A stretch of 64,000 nucleotides of DNA from Myxococcales bacterium (GTDB lineage Bacteria > Myxococcota > Myxococcia > Myxococcales > UBA5297), in assembly GCA_050942745.1 (NCBI GenBank), contig JBMNNX010000004.1:2004-66003 (forward strand), read 5' to 3'. The notes below the pieces were generated by a model. It did not search any database, was not told where the DNA came from, and saw only the letters and a list, made by a program, of their open reading frames with translations. Shown one piece after another: positions 38,133-48,662 of the stretch; position 1 is the stretch's first letter; every line of letters starts with the position of its first letter. Made by a program: the position numbers and the translations under genes.

Positions 38133-38909
38133 TCACTCCTTTTGAGCCAACAGGCCGATGCGCCCGCCCATGTCGAAGCCCTCGGCGCGGAAGGGCTCGG
38201 GGCTACAGCCCTTGAATGCGGCCTGAAAGCGCAGGCCGACGCTCTCGAGCATTCGAACGAGCTCGGTCACCGTGTAGATGCGCAGCGACGCTGGCTTGCT
38301 TCCCGAGCCGCCGGGGCCAGCCCAGTGCCAGACGGTGTCGATGCGACCTGCGACCGCGTCGAGGCGCGGCTCTTCGATCATCAGCGTTCCGTCGGGAAAG
38401 CGGTGCGCCGGTTTCGAGCCCCGCGAGAGCATGGCCGCTATCGCGTCGCGGTGCATCGTGTCGATGAAGACCCTGCCTCCCGGGCGAATCGCGCGGGCGA
38501 GCGTCGAGAGGATGGCGCGGTCGTCGTTTTCCGAGCCGTAGCCGAGCGAGCTGAGGATGTTGATGACCGCGTCGAAGCCGTCCTCGGTCAGGGGCGCGCG
38601 CAGATCGTGTCGGAGCAGTCGCAGCGCGGACGGCGGGAGATCGCCGCGGCGCCGCTCGGCCTCTGCGAGGAGCACGGCCGACTGATCGACGCCGAGGACG
38701 AGCGCGCCTCGACGCGCCAGCGGCACCGAGAGCCGGCCATAGCCACACGGCGCGTCGAGGAGGCGCGAGCCCTCGCGCAGGCCGAGGATCGACCAGAGCG
38801 CCTCGGCCTCCTGCTCGCTGCGCTGCTCGGGCGTGAAGGTGCCCCAGAGGCGCAGATAGCTTTCGTCGAAGAAGCTCTCCCACCAGGCCTGCGCAGGCCG
38901 CTCGCTCAA
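38133..38909 (-). CDS. Class I SAM-dependent methyltransferase
   Basis: 3' part of ORF 38133..39635. Motif I LLDAPCGYGRLSVPLARRG; also FDAVINILSSLGY and PGGRVFID. TTG start at 38909 after GAGGAGG, overlapping the upstream TGA (TTGA). Confidence 0.8.
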   Translation of the reverse strand: MSERPAQAWWESFFDESYLRLWGTFTPEQRSEQEAEALWSILGLREGSRLLDAPCGYGRLSVPLARRGALVLGVDQSAVLLAEAERRRGDLPPSALRLLRHDLRAPLTEDGFDAVINILSSLGYGSENDDRAILSTLARAIRPGGRVFIDTMHRDAIAAMLSRGSKPAHRFPDGTLMIEEPRLDAVAGRIDTVWHWAGPGGSGSKPASLRIYTVTELVRMLESVGLRFQAAFKGCSPEPFRAEGFDMGGRIGLLAQKE

Positions 38910-39487
38910 GGTGCCTCCTCTTCGGCAGGCAGGCCGAGCTCGGCCGGGTCGAAGGGGAGCTCGGCCGCGTCGAGCGGCAGCTCCTTGCCGGACGCGTCGA
39001 AGAGCGCGACGCACTCCGGGTCGTCGCGCGGCCCGCTCTGGACCGCGACGAGGAACACCTCCTGTGGACGCGCGGCCTCGAGGTAGGTCCGCGAGACCTC
39101 GGCACAGGTCGGCTTCCGGTTGGAACGCCTGCCTATCGAGCAGGTCACCGTCAGCAGATCGGGAAGCGGCCCGTTGGACTTCATCTTGGCCTGGTCTATC
39201 AGCGCCCTGAGCTCCTTGAAGTCGAGGACCATGGCCTGCTCGCAGCCCAGCTTTCGGAGCTCGGCCGTGCCGGGCGCGGTCGTGGCCTTCTGGAGTATCG
39301 AGACCGAGCCGCCGATGAGCTTCATCGCCTTCTGCCCCTCTTCGCTCGCCGCGACCCGCCAGATGAGGATGCCGACCGCGAGCAGCCCGAGGAGGAAGAC
39401 CCCGCCGACGACGCCGAGGGCGATGAGGCAGCCGTTGGTCTTCTTCTTCTGCGGGGCGCCAGGGGTCGAGGCTTGGACAGGCGGCAT
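38906..39487 (-). CDS. Membrane-anchored hypothetical protein
   Basis: 193 aa. Strong RBS aaggagccacacATG. Lys-rich N-terminus then a TM helix (CLIALGVVGGVFLLGLLAVGILIW). Soluble domain with 4 Cys. Coupled to the methyltransferase. Confidence 0.7.
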   Translation of the reverse strand: MPPVQASTPGAPQKKKTNGCLIALGVVGGVFLLGLLAVGILIWRVAASEEGQKAMKLIGGSVSILQKATTAPGTAELRKLGCEQAMVLDFKELRALIDQAKMKSNGPLPDLLTVTCSIGRRSNRKPTCAEVSRTYLEAARPQEVFLVAVQSGPRDDPECVALFDASGKELPLDAAELPFDPAELGLPAEEEAP

Positions 39488-39974
39488 GTGTGGCTCCTTT
39501 GTGGTCGCGCGATCGGCACGCTAGCACGGCCCGCGGGACAGGCTTTCGTCCGGATGGCGTCTCGGACTTGCGGCTATAGGTGAATTCGGCGAACTGCTCA
39601 GTCCGCACAATTCCCGGAGCCTGCGACCATCGCAAGGCCGCCTCGAATTTTGGCTGCGCGCCGGGAGGGGCGGGGTCGGGCGGCGGTCGCGACGAAGGGC
39701 GGCAGGCGAGACTCCCGACTCATGGTCTGCAGCAGTGCAGGGCCACTGTTGATCGCGCAAGGCAGAAGGGTTCGGCGCGGCGCACGGGCTCTCGCGTCGA
39801 ACCCCGAAGAAGCAGGCCGGGCCTGCGATTGCTGCACGCTCGCGCGCGGCCCTGAGACCTCTCGCGCGGGCGGGCGCGCCGGCTGGGGCGAGAACGTCGC
39901 CGACAGGGCCTCTCCTACTCGAATGCTTGGCGCATCGTCGGCCGGCGCCCACGTTCTCGTGCGGAGGGATGCCC

Positions 39975-40403
39975 ATGACCGCAATAAGCGAGCTGTTGAA
40001 GACTCATCCGCAGAAGCCCACGCACCACTTCGACGTGATCACCGCCTGCATCGAGGCCTGCTTCGAGTGCGAGCAGGTCTGCATCGGCTGCGCGGATGCC
40101 TGCCTTGCCGAACAGCAGGTGGCCGAGCTGCGCGAGTGCATCCGCTACAACCTCGACTGCGCCGATCTATGCGCGGCGACCGGCCGGCTCATCGCACGGC
40201 AGGCGCGGCCCGACCCCTCGCTGTGGCGGGCGACGCTGGAAGCCTGCGCCCAGGCTTGCAGAAGCTGTGGCGCCGAGTGCGCCAAGCATCAGGACCGGCA
40301 CGAGCACTGCCGGGTCTGCAAGGAGGCTTGCGAGCGCTGTGAACAGGCGTGCATGCGGGCCCTGCAGGAAATGCCGACCGGCGGCGCTGAGAGCCGGCAC
40401 TGA
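39975..40403 (+). CDS. Cysteine-rich four-helix-bundle protein (DUF326 / copper-storage-like)
   Basis: ORF 39927..40403. Repeated C..C....C..C helices (ACIEACFECEQVCIGCADACL, CADLCAATG, ACAQACRSCGAECAKH, CRVCKEACERCEQAC). The ATG at 39975 lies 6 nt after GGAGGG. Confidence 0.75.
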   Translation: MTAISELLKTHPQKPTHHFDVITACIEACFECEQVCIGCADACLAEQQVAELRECIRYNLDCADLCAATGRLIARQARPDPSLWRATLEACAQACRSCGAECAKHQDRHEHCRVCKEACERCEQACMRALQEMPTGGAESRH

Positions 40404-40661
40404 GACGCAGGGCGAGTCGTCGAATACGAGCCTCTCGGCGCTGCCTGGCCGGTCGAAGCGACGCCAGGCCAGCGCCGGCCCTTCCTTATGTAGAAGCGTG
40501 CAGCCGCTCGCCTCTACGGTGTGCCTGCCCGAGCTTCTCGAGCATGCCTGCCGGGCGGGCCAACGGGCGTCAGCGCGACTGGTGGCGCCTTGCCTCCCGG
40601 CTTGCGCCCCTCGCGGCCCTTGCCAGCGTTGGCACTCTGCCGCGTTCGAAAGCAGAAATCC

Positions 40662-40898
40662 GTGGTCGCGACGCTTGAGCTGGCCGAGGCCGGCGCGCGC
40701 GGACTCTCACGCCGAGGAAGCGACGTCTATTGGAACATCGCCGATTGCACCTTGAGCGCGAACTGGCAGTTCGACTGCACGGCCGCGAATTCGACGGTGA
40801 AGCGGATCGGCGTCGTCGTGCGCTTCTTCCAGGGTGGGCGCTGGTATCGGGTCGGCGTCCAATCCGCGCTCTACGACCCATCCAACATCGGAGAGTGA
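40662..40898 (+). CDS. Small hypothetical ORF abutting pilW (possible minor-pilin remnant)
   Basis: Only the 3' ~60 codons of ORF 40521..40898 look coding (DVYWNIADCTLSANWQFDCTAANSTVKRIGVVVRFFQGGRWYRVGVQSALYDP). No prepilin leader in any frame. GTG at 40662 is a guess. The stop is 2 nt before the pilW ATG. Confidence 0.3.
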   Translation: MVATLELAEAGARGLSRRGSDVYWNIADCTLSANWQFDCTAANSTVKRIGVVVRFFQGGRWYRVGVQSALYDPSNIGE

Positions 40899-40900
40899 CG

Positions 40901-42271
40901 ATGAGGCGTGGCTTGGGCGCTCTGCGCGCGAGGCTGGGCATGACTCTGATGGAGCTGATGGTCGGCGTGGCCGTCGGCTCGATCGTGCTCGTGGCGGTGG
41001 CGGCAATCTCGGTTTCGCAGAGCAGGAGCTTCAGCAACGGGCGTCGCCTGCGCGAGCGGCAGAGCAGCGCGCGGTTTGCGCTCGACTACCTCGAGCGCAC
41101 GGTCCGCCAGGCTGGCTTCGCCATCGACCCCCAGTTCGCGTTCGACTTCGACTTCTACAACTGCCAGTCGCCTGAAGGGACGAACCTCATCTACGCGAGC
41201 GCGGCGTGCGCCCAGGCAAACCCCATCCGCGATCCGGGCGCAGCGCCCGACGAGCTGGTGACGGTGTCGCGCAGCCTCCACTACCGGGTCGGCACGACGA
41301 TCGACCAGGCGAACGTCCTCGGCGACGCCTGGGTGATAGCGAGCGCGGCGGAAGACCACCTGATGCTGCGGATGCACGCCGGCGACTCGCTGCCGATGGG
41401 CCAGGTGCTGCACCTGATGTGCACTGGGGGGAGAATCTACACCTACGTGACCGTCGCCGAGAGCGTCACCGCCTCGGCCGAGGGGGAACAGCGGGTCGAG
41501 TTGGCCGCCGCCGCCGAGACACCCTTCCGCCAGAACGGCGTGGCCAAGGCGGCGTGCCTCGATGCCGGGACGGCGATCGCCTACAAGGTGAACCGGTCGC
41601 ACTTCTTCATCTTCTCGGACACCAACGCGAACCTGCCGGCCGAAGCCAAGAACACGACGGGCCTGCCGCGAACCTACCTGGTTCTCGACACCGGGACCGA
41701 CCGCAACCTCGACAACGCGATCGACGAGGCCGACCTGATCCCCATAGCGCCGGACATCATCGACCTGCAGCTCGCCTACGTGCTGAACAACGGCACCGTC
41801 GTCGGCGACGACGAGGGCGAAGCCGAGCTGACCGCGATCTTCGATAACGAGCCGCTCAAATCCGACTGGAGCAAGCTCACCCTGGACGAGAGGCAGCGGA
41901 GTACCCGGCCCTTCCCCGTTGAGCTGCGGAGCGACCAGTCGTTCGGGTTTTTCGACACGCCGGTCCTGTTCGACACAACGCCGACGAGCCAGTTTCGCCA
42001 GTTGACCTATCCGGGCAACATCCGCGCGGTGCGCATCACGCTCATCGCGCGCACCTCGACGCCGATGCCCGAAGGGCCGAGGACCGAGGAGTTCCCGCCC
42101 GGTCCCGAGGCCTGGTTCGAGAACCGAAAGGGCTTCCTGCTCTCGGCCGCGCCGGACGGCTACAAGCCGTTCCTGCCGGCGGCCCCGCTACGCGAGCGCT
42201 ACGGCTACGAGGTGGTCCAGACCACCGTCAACATTCCGAACCTGCAGACGAGCGGGCACTTCATGTTCTGA
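40901..42271 (+). CDS. pilW: Type IV pilus minor pilin, PilW-like
   Basis: In frame in ORF 40730..42271. Prepilin-type N-terminus RLGMTLMELMVGVAVGSIVLVAVAAI followed by SARFALDYLERTVRQAGF. Confidence 0.8.
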   Translation: MRRGLGALRARLGMTLMELMVGVAVGSIVLVAVAAISVSQSRSFSNGRRLRERQSSARFALDYLERTVRQAGFAIDPQFAFDFDFYNCQSPEGTNLIYASAACAQANPIRDPGAAPDELVTVSRSLHYRVGTTIDQANVLGDAWVIASAAEDHLMLRMHAGDSLPMGQVLHLMCTGGRIYTYVTVAESVTASAEGEQRVELAAAAETPFRQNGVAKAACLDAGTAIAYKVNRSHFFIFSDTNANLPAEAKNTTGLPRTYLVLDTGTDRNLDNAIDEADLIPIAPDIIDLQLAYVLNNGTVVGDDEGEAELTAIFDNEPLKSDWSKLTLDERQRSTRPFPVELRSDQSFGFFDTPVLFDTTPTSQFRQLTYPGNIRAVRITLIARTSTPMPEGPRTEEFPPGPEAWFENRKGFLLSAAPDGYKPFLPAAPLRERYGYEVVQTTVNIPNLQTSGHFMF

Positions 42272-42293
42272 GCGTCGCTGCCGGAGGCAACCG

Positions 42294-42794
42294 ATGGGAG
42301 AGGTTTCGATGGTCGGGCACCAGGTTGGCCGGGCGCGTTTGGCCCGAGGCAGCACGCTGCTGGTGGTGTTGATCGTGCTCTTGCTGCTGGCGCTGCTTGC
42401 CGGCGGCGCGATGACGCTGTCGGGCCTCGAGCTCGGCTCGGCGCAGTCGAAGAAGAACGCCGACGTGCTGGTCGCCTGCGCGCGCGCCGGCAAGAATCTG
42501 CTGCTCTCGCAGTTCCGCTACGGCAGCCAGATGCCGACCACGATCAATGCTCGGCTCACGGGCACCGACGGTGACCTGCTCGTCGCCTCGGGGCACTACG
42601 ACTCGACGCAGCTTCCCGAGGTGACGATGGAGTTCAAGCCGACCGACCAGGCCGGCTCCTCCCGTGGACCCGAGGACATCGCCAACAAGATGTCCGGCGG
42701 TGGCGCGACGCAGCCGACCCAGTACGTCATCGTTTGCGAGGACCGGAGCGGTCGGCGCTACGAGCTCGAATTCACCTTGCAGTTTGGTTTCTAG
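42294..42794 (+). CDS. pilX: PilX-like minor pilin/assembly protein
   Basis: 166 aa. PilX N-terminal pattern ARGSTLLVVLIVLLLLALLAGGAMTLSGLELGSAQ. RBS ggaggcaaccgATG. Confidence 0.7.
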   Translation: MGEVSMVGHQVGRARLARGSTLLVVLIVLLLLALLAGGAMTLSGLELGSAQSKKNADVLVACARAGKNLLLSQFRYGSQMPTTINARLTGTDGDLLVASGHYDSTQLPEVTMEFKPTDQAGSSRGPEDIANKMSGGGATQPTQYVIVCEDRSGRRYELEFTLQFGF

Positions 42795-42812
42795 CCCGCA
42801 CGAGGAGGTCGC

Positions 42813-45800
42813 ATGAAACGCACCACCCTGCCCATGCCAATGGCGCTGGCCGTACTCGTGGCGCTGAGCCTGGGGAGCCTCCCCGCGACGAGTTGGGCGG
42901 CCAAGGATCCCTGCAAGAAGGAGAAAGACAAGAGGCAGAACGGCCAAGACTGCATCAACTTCTTGGACAAATGCTGCATCAGCGGGCACTGCGATCTCGC
43001 CTCCGGCATCTGTGGGAAGCCGGCGGGAGCGCCGTGCACCGCGGGCACCGAATGCGCCTCGAACGTCTGCAACACGGCCAGCACGCCGAGCGTCTGCTGC
43101 GGCATGGGCGAGCAGCTATGCGGCTCGGCCTGCTGCACAGCCCCGCAGTGCTGCTCGCTTGAGGACGGCGGGCAGGCCTGCCTGGGAACGGCCTTGGCCT
43201 GCGGTACGACCTGCGCGAACGCCCAGACCTGCGAGGGCGGGGAGTCGGCCCTCTGCATCGGCGGCACGGAGTGCAAGGTGCCCTGCGCCTCGGGCGAGCA
43301 GGAGTGCCTGAACGCTTGCGTGCCCCTGGACGACAACAACAACTGCGGTGGCTGCGGGGCGGCCTGTTCTGAGGGGACCGCATGCCAGACCGTAGGAACG
43401 GGTTACGGGTGCGTCTGCACGTCTTCGTTGTGCGGGTCGGGGTGCTGCGGAAAGAGCATCCCCTCCGCGCCGAGCGCCGACGTCTGCTACTCGGACATCG
43501 GCTGGAATGCGGATCTCCAAGACGGAGCGAGCCTTTGCCCCATTTGCTCGGTGCCCGCTTGCGGCGACGTGGGGTGCACCTTCTCCGCGGCGCGGACTTC
43601 AAGCAAGCCCTACGGAGACTTCGCGCGCAAGAAGGACACGACATCGTCCGAATGCGGATACGACTGCGTGCGCATCGATTACAGCGACTCCGGATATGGA
43701 ACAGGCAACGCGCTCGCGTGGTTTCGCCGCACCGACGGCTCCCTCGTCACCATGGTCCATTTCCCGAGACCGGGGAACTACACCTTCACGATTCGTGGCC
43801 GCTCCTCGCGCAGTTGTACGGGCCCGAAGGTGGGCCTCTGGATAGCAGACGCCCAGACTGGGGCGAGGACGAACGTGGGGACCGTGAGGGTCGCCCCCAA
43901 TAATTCGAGCAATTCGCTGGGTGACTACTCGCTCGCCTACGACGTTTTGGAAGCGGGCACCTACTACGTCGGCGTCTGGTTCACCGACAACCGCAACTGC
44001 AGTCACAACAACGACCTCGACTTTGGGTTCGCCTCGCTCAGTGTCAAGGCGACGGATACTTCGTCGGACCTGACGCTCTGTTCGAACGTCTGCGTGGACC
44101 TGGAAACCGACCGCAACAACTGCGGCGTATGCGGCAACGTGTGCGCCCCCAGCTACACCTGCTACCGCGGTACCTGCACGCCCTCCAGTTGCCTGGCGAG
44201 CTTGCCCGGAGGGACGTTGCCGGAGGTGACTCTGGCACAAAGCAACGACGTGGCCTGCCGCCTCTCCGCAGCTTCTCTCGCGCAGAGCACCATCGACAAC
44301 CAGAGGGGCGAGGACCAGTCCTTCTTCTTCCTCGAGGCAAGCCTGCCGTCGATGGTCATCGTCATCGACAACGGCGCCTCGATGCGCCAGTTGCCGATGG
44401 ATCCTGGTTGTTCGGTGACCGAGCCCGGGTGCGACAGCGAGATAATCGACGCGATCTACGACATGAACGGCTCGGGGCCGATGCAGGGGCTCGAAAAGCC
44501 GGATCCGGACTCGGACAAGCTGTTCGACCACACGAAGTTCTACCTCGGCACGGGCGCAGACATCGGGCTCAAGTCGGGCTGCGACGATGTGGCGAAGGCG
44601 CCGATCGCCGGCGTGTCCGCGGCCTGCAAGGACTCGCTGGGCAGCGAAAGCGATCCGACCTTTGCGACATGCACGAGCTGCCTCAATTCCAAGGGCTACT
44701 TCCTGAGCCCGGACGGCAAGCGCATCTGGAAGGGCGGGCTGCTCAACCGCTACCCGCCGAAGTGCGTGCTCGCGCGAAACCTCGCCAAGAGCAAGACCCT
44801 GCTCTCCCAGACCAAGGTGCGCTACAGCGTCCTGCGGACCGAGGACGCCTCGAGCAGCTCGGGAGCGCGCCAGCGGATCTCGCCGATCCTCTCGGGTTTC
44901 TGGCCCAACCAGTGCAACCGAATCCCGAACCACCCGCCGCCGCAGTACATCAACAACATCAACAACGGGAACAAGTTCGCCTTCGACAGCACGACCAAGC
45001 CGCTGGCCGAGGCTATCTACAACGCCGGGCAGTTGCTGCAGAACGAGGGCTCGTTCTACGAATCCAAGTTCACCTCCACTTGGGTCGTCTCGAGCAACGA
45101 CCTCAAGACGAACACCTACGTCGAAGGCGGCAATAACAACAAGGTCTCGGTCTGCAGCACCTGCCAGAAGAGCGCGATTATCCTGCTTACCGACGGCAAG
45201 CCCAAGGACGACGGCCAAGTCCCGACCACGCTCAGCCCGCTTTCGGGTTGGAGCCCGGTGGACGGCAGCGGCAACTGCAAACCCGGTTTCGTGGGCTGCA
45301 AGGAGACCGCCGACGGCTCGGTGAGCTGGGCGGCTTCGGTGGCGGCGATGCTCAACTCCGAGGATCTGCGCACTGAGAGCGGTTTGCCCGGCAAGCAGAC
45401 CGCCCAGACCTTCGTCATCGCCCTCGGCACCGACAGCCTGCTGCTCAAGTCGGTCGCTCAGCAGGGCGGCGGCGGCTACTTCACCGCCTACAACGGCGAA
45501 CAGCTCGAGAAGGCGCTGCGCGACGTCATCGAGACGGTGGGCCGCAGAGCCATGAGCGTCTCGGCGCCGTCTCTGAGCACCGTGCAGACAAAGTCCGGGT
45601 CGGCGGTCGTCGTGCCGCGGTTCATCCCCTCGCGCGACCCGATGTGGCAGGGCGAGCTCTACAAGTTCAGGATGTTCAGCGAGTTCGCCGTGGACTGCGC
45701 CGAGAAGGGCAAGAAGCGCGACAAGACCGGCCAGCTCGTCAGCGAGCCGCTGTGCATCTGCCGCGAAGGCATCTGCGACGGCCTCTGGATCGTCGACGCC

Positions 45801-48662
45801 GACGGCGACATCATCGCGACCGACCCGAACGACGGGGCGATGGTGAAGGCGAACCTGAATGTTTGGGACGACGACACCGACTACTTCGCCATTAAGGAGA
45901 CCGAAAGCGGGGCGCCGATACCCGCCGTGCCGGTCTGGGCTGCGGGCGAGATGCTGGCCTCAAGAACGCCGATGACCCGCACGATCTACACCGTTATCGA
46001 CTCGAACAACGACGGACAGATCGACGGGGAGGACAGCCTCATCTCGATCAGACCGGACATGAAGTCGGACGATCTCAAAAAGCTCGTTCCCTACCTGGCG
46101 CTGGGGTATCGCGACGCAGGTCAGCCCGCGGTTTGCCAGAAGATCCAGGAGAAGTTGCGCGGAGGGGGCATCGGCTCGACGGTCGACGAGATGACCTGCG
46201 CGCGGATCATCCTCGGGTTTATCCACGGTCTGGACGTCTTCAACTCCTCGGGGATGATCGATCCGACGACGTACGACAACACCCTCGAAACACTACCCGG
46301 CAGCCTGCCCAACCGCGACTTCGTGCTCGGCGACATCTTCCACGCGAGCGCGGTGCGCGTCGATCCGCCGGTCTCCCGGATGCCGCTGTGCGAGCGCGGC
46401 TTCCATAACCAGTGCCTGCGCGCCCTCTATTCGACTCCGACCCCGGCCGACGAGGAGGTCGTCTGTGGCGACTATGACTCGGGGCATCCCTACGAAAGGT
46501 ACGTGAATTACCAGACCTTCGAGAAGAAGCGCCCCGCGGTCACCCTCATCGGCGCCAACGACGGGATGGTCCACGCCTTCCAGTACTCTTGCTACAAGGG
46601 CGTCGATCCGATCACGAATATGGCGGTCTACGACGAGGAACCGGACACCGTCTGCGACCAGACCAACCAGAAGAACGGCACCGAGCTTTGGGCGTTCGTG
46701 CCGCCCGACCTGCTGCACCGACTCTCGCAGCTCATCGTCCGCACCGCCCACCCGTACATGATCGACTCGACCGCGATGATCCGCGACATCTGGACCGACG
46801 TCGCGCGGGAGGTTGACGAGAGCCAGGTCAAGGACGGCAAGAAGGCGTGCGACGAGTACCGCACCGTCGCCATCATCGGCGAGCGGCGCGGCGGCACCCG
46901 CTACACCGCGCTCGACGTGACCGATCCCACGGCTCCGGTCTTCTTGTGGATGTTCCCGAAGCTGGGCACGCCCGAAGAGCTGACGATGGGCGAGACCTGG
47001 GCCGACTACCTGCCGGGCGCGCCTCCTATCGGCCCGGTGAAGCTCAAGAAGGAGAACGACTCCTTCGAAGAGCGGTGGATAGTCATGCTGCCTGGCGGCT
47101 ACGACCCGGCGCGCATCCGCGGCAACCAGCTCTACATGCTCGACGCCTACACCGGGGAGAAGCTCTGGGAAGCGAGGATGAAGGCGGGCACCACGACCGA
47201 GGAGATGAAGTACCCCATCGTGGCGACGCCGGCGCTGGTGGCTTGGGGAGCGAGCGAGACGACGCAGAACCTCGACTTCAACGGAGGGTTCTTCGACACG
47301 GCGATCGTCGGGGATCTCGGCGGCCAGGTCTGGGTCGCCCGCTTCCACGAGCCTGGGGAGCTGGGGACGAACCCCTACAACAGCGCCGATGTCAGGATCA
47401 TGACCAACTGGCACATCGCTCGCGGCTTCCAGGAGGCGAAGGCGGGCAACGCGCTCAGTCGGCCTCCGTTCTTCTCGATGGCCGCCGCGATCCGCATGCC
47501 GCACAGCGGCGGTCTGCAGGCCTACCTGGGGTCGGGCGATCGCTTCAACCTGAAGAACCCGACACTGGGCCTCTGCACGATCGACAACCCCTTGGCCTGT
47601 GCTCGCCAGGGGCTCAGCTTTGAGGCTACGACCGGCACGCTTCAATTCAGCTCGGACGCCGACGGGAACCTGACCCCGGAGGTCGTCGCGGCGCCCTACA
47701 CGCTGGCCAACAACAGCCTGTCCGTCACCTGGAAACTGGCCGCCGACGGCACGGTGGATCGGACAGAGAGCCTGACGTTCGCGGGGACGCCCAGTAGCTG
47801 CGTCAGCCTCGAAAATCCGGTCAACGTCGGCGCGGCGATCACCATCGGCCCGGCTTCGGATACCGACCAGACGATCGGCTACTTCTCGAGCGGGCTCCAA
47901 TGCACCGGCGGAAGCGGTTCGGCGCTGGGATGCGTGGCGACCATCACCGATCGAGAAACGCTCACCAACGGCTTCACCGGGTCGTCGATCAAGACAACGC
48001 TTGAAGACAAGAGCGAATGGTACAACCGCTTCATCGCTTTCCGGGTCTTCCGACAGGCACCTTTCAAGACCAAGACCGAAGCGGAGACCTACGACACGGC
48101 GCGGCTGACGGAGTCCGACCTTACCAAGCTCGAGCCCTTCTCGACCGGTACGCCCACTCTTGCCTCGGAGACCGACCTGGGTTGGTACTTCACCTACCCG
48201 GCAGTCGACGAGGCCACGGCGACCAACACCACCATCTACAACGGCTGCGTCCTCTGGAGCACGCTGCAGCCGACCGAGCCGTGCACTGGCGACGGGGAAT
48301 GTAGCGAGTCTTGCATCGGCGGCGGCTGTTTCGAGGAGAGGCGCGACGCCTGCATGATTGAGCAGAGCTTGACGGCCTCGTTCCTCTACCAGGCCAATGC
48401 GACGACCGGCGGCCCGGACTGCGGCCTTACGGGCAATACCACGCAGCGCAGCCAGACTCGCGTGCTGGTGCCCCCGCCTCCACCGCAGGAGATCATCCAG
48501 GTCAACACCTACGGCCAGTACAAGACCTCGATAGCGCCGGCGCCCGGCATGGAGGCTCCTCCGGCGAGCATCGAGACCTTCAACATGCTGCAGCAGTTCG
48601 GCACCGTCGAGGTGCCGCGCAATGTCCACGAGTGCCGCCACCGCGGTCGGTGTGATCAGTAG
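42813..48662 (+). CDS. pilY1: Giant PilY1-like pilus tip protein (signal peptide, Cys-rich module, beta-sandwich-like region, vWA-like domain, PilY1 beta-propeller)
   Basis: 1949 aa. Signal MKRTTLPMPMALAVLVALSLGSLPATSWA. About 200 aa are Cys-rich. vWA-like MVIVIDNGASM, AIILLTDGKPKDD, TFVIALG. PilY1 signature TLIGANDGMVHAF...GTELWAFVPPDLL. RBS gaggaggtcgcATG. Confidence 0.85.
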   Translation: MKRTTLPMPMALAVLVALSLGSLPATSWAAKDPCKKEKDKRQNGQDCINFLDKCCISGHCDLASGICGKPAGAPCTAGTECASNVCNTASTPSVCCGMGEQLCGSACCTAPQCCSLEDGGQACLGTALACGTTCANAQTCEGGESALCIGGTECKVPCASGEQECLNACVPLDDNNNCGGCGAACSEGTACQTVGTGYGCVCTSSLCGSGCCGKSIPSAPSADVCYSDIGWNADLQDGASLCPICSVPACGDVGCTFSAARTSSKPYGDFARKKDTTSSECGYDCVRIDYSDSGYGTGNALAWFRRTDGSLVTMVHFPRPGNYTFTIRGRSSRSCTGPKVGLWIADAQTGARTNVGTVRVAPNNSSNSLGDYSLAYDVLEAGTYYVGVWFTDNRNCSHNNDLDFGFASLSVKATDTSSDLTLCSNVCVDLETDRNNCGVCGNVCAPSYTCYRGTCTPSSCLASLPGGTLPEVTLAQSNDVACRLSAASLAQSTIDNQRGEDQSFFFLEASLPSMVIVIDNGASMRQLPMDPGCSVTEPGCDSEIIDAIYDMNGSGPMQGLEKPDPDSDKLFDHTKFYLGTGADIGLKSGCDDVAKAPIAGVSAACKDSLGSESDPTFATCTSCLNSKGYFLSPDGKRIWKGGLLNRYPPKCVLARNLAKSKTLLSQTKVRYSVLRTEDASSSSGARQRISPILSGFWPNQCNRIPNHPPPQYINNINNGNKFAFDSTTKPLAEAIYNAGQLLQNEGSFYESKFTSTWVVSSNDLKTNTYVEGGNNNKVSVCSTCQKSAIILLTDGKPKDDGQVPTTLSPLSGWSPVDGSGNCKPGFVGCKETADGSVSWAASVAAMLNSEDLRTESGLPGKQTAQTFVIALGTDSLLLKSVAQQGGGGYFTAYNGEQLEKALRDVIETVGRRAMSVSAPSLSTVQTKSGSAVVVPRFIPSRDPMWQGELYKFRMFSEFAVDCAEKGKKRDKTGQLVSEPLCICREGICDGLWIVDADGDIIATDPNDGAMVKANLNVWDDDTDYFAIKETESGAPIPAVPVWAAGEMLASRTPMTRTIYTVIDSNNDGQIDGEDSLISIRPDMKSDDLKKLVPYLALGYRDAGQPAVCQKIQEKLRGGGIGSTVDEMTCARIILGFIHGLDVFNSSGMIDPTTYDNTLETLPGSLPNRDFVLGDIFHASAVRVDPPVSRMPLCERGFHNQCLRALYSTPTPADEEVVCGDYDSGHPYERYVNYQTFEKKRPAVTLIGANDGMVHAFQYSCYKGVDPITNMAVYDEEPDTVCDQTNQKNGTELWAFVPPDLLHRLSQLIVRTAHPYMIDSTAMIRDIWTDVAREVDESQVKDGKKACDEYRTVAIIGERRGGTRYTALDVTDPTAPVFLWMFPKLGTPEELTMGETWADYLPGAPPIGPVKLKKENDSFEERWIVMLPGGYDPARIRGNQLYMLDAYTGEKLWEARMKAGTTTEEMKYPIVATPALVAWGASETTQNLDFNGGFFDTAIVGDLGGQVWVARFHEPGELGTNPYNSADVRIMTNWHIARGFQEAKAGNALSRPPFFSMAAAIRMPHSGGLQAYLGSGDRFNLKNPTLGLCTIDNPLACARQGLSFEATTGTLQFSSDADGNLTPEVVAAPYTLANNSLSVTWKLAADGTVDRTESLTFAGTPSSCVSLENPVNVGAAITIGPASDTDQTIGYFSSGLQCTGGSGSALGCVATITDRETLTNGFTGSSIKTTLEDKSEWYNRFIAFRVFRQAPFKTKTEAETYDTARLTESDLTKLEPFSTGTPTLASETDLGWYFTYPAVDEATATNTTIYNGCVLWSTLQPTEPCTGDGECSESCIGGGCFEERRDACMIEQSLTASFLYQANATTGGPDCGLTGNTTQRSQTRVLVPPPPPQEIIQVNTYGQYKTSIAPAPGMEAPPASIETFNMLQQFGTVEVPRNVHECRHRGRCDQ

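Noticed and set aside
40629-40645. TTGGCAC...CGCG as a sigma-54 promoter for the pilin genes
   Set aside because: The -12 GC is one position off the strict GG-N10-GC spacing and the TTGC element is missing.
43599-48641. Long minus-strand ORFs 43599..45218 (539 aa) and 46293..48641 (782 aa)
   Set aside because: They are antisense shadows inside the pilY1-like gene.
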